NCBI GenBank assembly: GCA_002104905.1
Contig: MCFE01000441.1
Location: 1 to 64,000, forward strand
Source of the DNA: Basidiobolus meristosporus CBS 931.73
Lineage: Eukaryota; Fungi; Basidiobolomycota
DNA: 64,000 nucleotides
Reading direction: 5' to 3'
This document shows, piece by piece, positions 59,801 through 64,000 of this stretch; position 1 is the first letter of the stretch, and each line of letters starts with the position of its first letter. The notes under the pieces were generated by a model, which did not search any database, had not been told where the DNA came from, and was given only the letters and a program-made list of their open reading frames with translations. The translations under genes were made by a program, and so were the position numbers.

Positions 59801-61975
59801 GTATATCCTCGAGGGATCTCCACTCCTTAACCTTTTTTACAATCTTATGGGAGCAAAGATCCACATGACAGCCTATGTTGGAACCCGCCACGTATACTGT
59901 TTTGACCTCGTTACCATCAGGGAAGAAGCATCTATTGGTCTGAATGCGTATCTAAACGGATACAAGGTTGAGAATGGATGGCTTATCATTGGAGCGGGAA
60001 ACATCGTAGGCGCTGGTGCACGGGTTGGAAATAAGTCGCATTTGGGGCTGAATGCAGAACTCCAAGATGGGGCTAGCCTTGATGACTTATCGGTTCTCCA
60101 AGATGATCAACAAATCCCAACGAACGAAAGGTGGGCGGGGTCGCCGGCAAAGTTGGTAGAGCACACAAATGTCAGGGATAAAGAAGACTCCACATCTCAG
60201 TTGACTATCTGGATATTTTGCCTGTTGCATTTCATTGCCGCCATATTTGTAAACATCGCCTTTGGATTGTTGGCGTCACTCACAGGTAGGTGAATTCCGA
60301 AGTTGGTTATTTATGCCATGTCTCACAAAGCTTTGAATAGGGATCGTCGTGTTGGAAGCCATACCCGTCTTGCTGCCAACTTTCAATCCATATATTACAG
60401 TCATTTTGGCCACTCCGTTTGTTTCAATAATTGCCATGACTCTTTTCTGTCTTGGGGTAGTCTTGCTGAAGTTAATGATTCTTCCCAAGATATCTCCTGG
60501 AGAGTATACACTGAGGGGCTTATTTTACTTACGTAAATGGTAGACTGTCACTATCAAGTATAGCCTCGATCATATTCTCACACCTTTAGTGCTCTAGGTG
60601 CTTAGACATATTGATGCAGATCTCGCTTGAAATGACCAACTCAATCTATGGAACCCTATATGCACCTCACTGGCTTCGCGCCCTAGGTGCAAAAATCGGG
60701 AAAGCCTCTGAGGTTTCCACTATTACATATATATCCCCAGACCTTCTGAGAATAGGAGACGGGTGTTTCCTCGCGGATTCTGTGATAGTTGGCCCCCCAT
60801 ATGTTCGCCATGGGAAACTATCTCTTGACTATGCGACAGTAGAGGAGCGCTCTTTCGTTGGAAATGGCGCACTTTTCCCTGCGGGGGTAACAATGGGTAG
60901 GTTAGATTATTTTATGAAACTGGATGATCATTAACGTGGTTCAGGTAAGGATTGCCTCCTTGGAGTACTCTCAACACCAGGCCACGACAAGAGATCTTTG
61001 GAAGGAAACAGCTCCTGGCTTGGGTCCCCATCCATGTATCTCCCCAATCGACAAGCAGCTACCAAAAATTGGCCGAAAGAGCGTACCTATGCTCCTTCAA
61101 ATAGTCTATACATAGTTCGCTATTTAATGGAACTCTGGCGAGTCTTCTTGCCCAATATGGTCAATATCACGGCTTTCGTCATTGTGGTAATGATATTGGA
61201 GCTACTTTACGAGCGAACATCCAGTCGAAAGATTCTTTCCGTTGCAGATGAATTTATGTTGAGCAATGGTCTTTTCACCAACTTATCTCAAGGAGGTCTA
61301 ATTGCCTCGTTTCTACCAATCTTTCTGATAGTCAATAGTGTTGTGGCTGCGGGTGCTTGTGGGTTCGTCCTGATCATGAAATGGATACTAATAGGCACTT
61401 ATGCGAAGCGCGAAGTGCCATTGTGGAGTTCTTTCGTGTGGAGGTTGGTAATCATCCAGGATTCCCGATAACGTGCTCTCCGTTACTAAAATTCAATTAG
61501 GACAGAGCTAATAACAGCTCTACAAGAAGGAATAGCCAATAGGCAGTTACTTCAAAATTTGCGTGGTACTCCGTTAGTGTGCTTTTGGTTTAGAATGCTA
61601 GGAAGTCAGATAGGTGACCGCGTATGGATGGACACTTTACAAATCACTGAGGCTGACCTGATTCACATCGATGATGATGTCTGTATTGGTGAAGATACGA
61701 TACTACAGGTAGATTCCATATTTGCGTTAAGTGCATTGGCCCAAGATTTAAACAACCGCCATTTCTTGCAGACACATCTTTTTGAAGACCGAATCATGAA
61801 GATGGATAGCTTGAAGATTGGTTGCCGTTCTAATGTTGGCTCATCCTCAGTAATCTTGTATGGGTCTACTTTAGAGGAAGGTGTTTCGATTGGAGCTCTT
61901 TCTTTAGTAATGAAGGGCGAAAGATTACCATCCCATACTGGGTGGAATGGAATCCCTCTGAGCAATAACTGCTAA
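56885..61975 (+). CDS. Epsilon-poly-L-lysine synthetase (Pls)-like single-module NRPS: partial C-like N-terminus, A, T, then three TM + left-handed beta-helix repeats; multi-exon
   Basis: YMIYTSGTTGRPKG, FDASIEEIW, NSYGPTE, LYKTGD, QVKLRGFRIEL, PSGKIDRK; carrier FFDLGGHSL. Three RxLGxxIG-type repeats (LMGAKI, RALGAKIG, RMLGSQIG) and terminal QTHLFEDRIMK. No TE or R domain. Start codon uncertain. Confidence 0.88.
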
Positions 61976-62721
61976 GGGTTTTCGTGTTATATAAGGCTCC
62001 ACATGAATCGCTAGGCATTAATTCGGGTGGTGGTACTATTCGCATTCAAGTGATTATGGTCAAACCATTATGTAAGGCTGGAAATTTATGAACCATCACT
62101 TTATGTCTGGATCGGAAGGACTGTAGTTACATCGAGGAGTTCGATGAACATAAGCCTCGCAATAGGCCTTCTTTACTTACCGGCTATACACTACCTGATC
62201 AACCATTTCCATTTGAAAGCTATATTGGATGGATTCAGCCTAATCCCGAATTATGGAGCCCATAAAAATAAACACAAGTCTGTTCAGCCTGGTAGCTGGA
62301 ACCACCTGAAGGTATTATATAGGCAATACACAAATGCCAAATATGGAGAAATGGTCATTCGTTTTCTAGCTTTAGTATCGAAAATCCCATTTTGACCACT
62401 TAGGGGTTAGGTAGAATTACATCATCAGAATATAGTAATCCAATGGTATTGTGGTGAAGCAGTTACTGAGGCTACTAAACTTGAGAAATCAAAGTGTTAA
62501 GTTGCTTTGTGAATTTATATATACCAGTCCTGTTTGTGGTATTCGTGCCTTGTATTGTTGAAAGCTTTATGTCTTGAACTTCTTTATAGATGTTACTCAG
62601 TTAAATAATAAGTCACATTAATATTGATATCAAAGTTTTATACATATCCGTAGCTCCGAAATTGTACTCTATCTACTCATTTGATTATGCTAGCAATGTT
62701 GAGACCAGTGACTACGATATG

Positions 62722-63059
62722 AATGAATAAAAATCAGGTATTAAGTGCCAGCTTGAACCGCTACGCCAGCAACCCGCTTTCCTTGAGCAAATATGCGTTC
62801 GCGGAGTTTATCATCATAGACACTCACAGTGACGGAAAAGACAGTGTAAGCACCTCGGAGAGCATTTTGGATCCGCGTCTGCTTCTTCCACCTGAGCACC
62901 CTTAGAAGCGAGGACTTATGCGACTGGCTTGGAGGCATTACGAGCAATGGCTCAGACTTTTAACTGGTGAGACAGGTTGGGGTCCATGAGTACATAGTCA
63001 ACGACAGATACGCCTTGCAGGCTGGTGGCACCAAAGACAACGAGGATGTTCTGAGACAT
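62722..63059 (-). pseudogene. NmrA/HSCARG-like atypical SDR pseudogene (N-terminal third only)
   Basis: MSQNILVVFGATSLQGVSVVDYVLMDPNLSHQLKV*AIARNASKPVA*VLASKGAQVEEADAD, frameshift, ALRGAYTVFSVT...QGKRVAGVAVQAGT*YLIF. Stops at 62952, 62916 and 62741. Confidence 0.85.
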
Positions 63060-63414
63060 GATTGGAATGTAGTTGCTGTTGTTTACGGAGTGGGAAGAAG
63101 TAGAATTGTCATATATTGCAGCCGATGTGCGGTTAAAGGAAATCTCGAGTTACTGTGTAAAACAAGCCCTTTTCTGTGCTTGTTACCAGTGAAATTGTCC
63201 GTGCTTGTTACTAGTGAAAACAAGCAGGGTTAGGTTAAGCAAGGATGACTATCTCTACCATTGATACGGATTATCCAGCAGCAGAGTTTTTCCACTGCCT
63301 TGATCTGCCACTGACGGTTAACTCTAGCTTGACACACGCTACCGCTTCAGCTGCATGTAAATCACAAGTCCTATTGATTATCCAATACTTAGTGATGATT
63401 GGTGGAATGATCGA

Positions 63415-63466
63415 GGAACAAGCTAGAATTTATGAGAAAAATCCCGAATTTCAGTTTAATATAAAA
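63415..63466 (+). promoter_or_regulatory. HSP70 promoter: step-type heat shock element (four GAA at 10-bp spacing) and TATA box
   Basis: GAA at 63416, 63426, 63436 and 63446; TATAAAA at 63460-63466; ATG at 63551. Confidence 0.6.
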
Positions 63467-63550
63467 GCTCGCTAGCTCCGAACTGGTTCGACATTCAACA
63501 CATTCTAATACCATATACTATTACATCTATTCTTAATCACATAAATCACC

Positions 63551-64000
63551 ATGTCTAAAGCTGTCGGAATTGATTTGGGAACCACCTACTCCTGCGTTGG
63601 TGTCTGGCAAAACGATCGTGTAGAGATTATTGCCAACGACCAGGGTAACAGAACCACTCCCTCCTATGTTGCTTTCACAGACTCTGAGCGTCTCATCGGT
63701 GATGCCGCCAAGAACCAAGTTGCCATGAACCCCACCAACAGTGTGTTCGATGCCAAGCGCCTCATTGGTCGTCGTTTCAACGACTCCGAGGTCCAATCCG
63801 ATATGAAGCACTGGCCTTTCAAGGTTGTTGAGAAGGACTCCAAGCCCCTGATCCAAGTTGAATACAAGGGTGAGAGCAAGACCTTCACTCCTGAAGAAAT
63901 TTCCTCCATGATCTTGTTAAAGATGAGAGAGACCGCTGAGGCCTATCTCGGTGGTGAGGTGAAGAGCGCCGTTATCACCGTTCCTGCCTACTTCAACGAC
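63551..64000 (+). CDS. SSA1: Cytosolic Hsp70 (SSA type), 5' part, runs off the window
   Basis: [44 protein letters not shown]...[11 protein letters not shown]. Confidence 0.97.
   Translation, partial: MSKAVGIDLGTTYSCVGVWQNDRVEIIANDQGNRTTPSYVAFTDSERLIGDAAKNQVAMNPTNSVFDAKRLIGRRFNDSEVQSDMKHWPFKVVEKDSKPLIQVEYKGESKTFTPEEISSMILLKMRETAEAYLGGEVKSAVITVPAYFND

Noticed and set aside
1-64000. tRNA, rRNA genes, CRISPR arrays, telomeric tracts
   Set aside because: None recognised; the single ACCCTAAC at ~2892 is not an array.

Overview
Gene-dense, intron-containing fungal genomic DNA with short GT-AG introns and CTAAC branch points. The content (DASH Dad1, Cla4, AA11-like LPMO, leuA-type IPMS, chromatin-reader-fused amino-methyltransferase) points to an early-diverging fungus, possibly Basidiobolus-like Zoopagomycota; this is inference. 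The left ~2.9 kb is a CpG-eroded Ty1/copia relic plus a direct/inverted repeat array. About 24 protein genes follow: SIS1, a penta-EF-hand protein, cytosolic LeuRS, THR1, a WDR25-like WD40, three C2H2 factors, a SWEET, TDA10, an AA11-like LPMO, RPS14, RPL4, CLA4, a CUE-Smr nuclease, a short CLASP/TOG protein, DAD1, a TLC protein, an ABCB transporter and a partial HSP70, plus leuA and NmrA pseudogenes. Highlights: (1) an epsilon-poly-L-lysine-synthetase-like NRPS with a Lys-type code directly behind an ABCB exporter; (2) a giant AT-hook/Tudor/ZZ/PHD/GATA/KRI DNA amino-methyltransferase that appears to carry a second, degenerate MTase domain; (3) an mRNA guanylyltransferase paralogue lacking the catalytic lysine and fused to a ~1000-aa disordered tail; (4) a non-coding host gene with two intronic C/D snoRNAs sharing one guide predicted to target the LSU G867 (snR50) site; (5) a kinase-less double-CRIB protein; (6) a tandem SCB (CACGAAA) array. 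Exon boundaries and alignments were read by eye, and rRNA and consensus sequences were recalled from memory.
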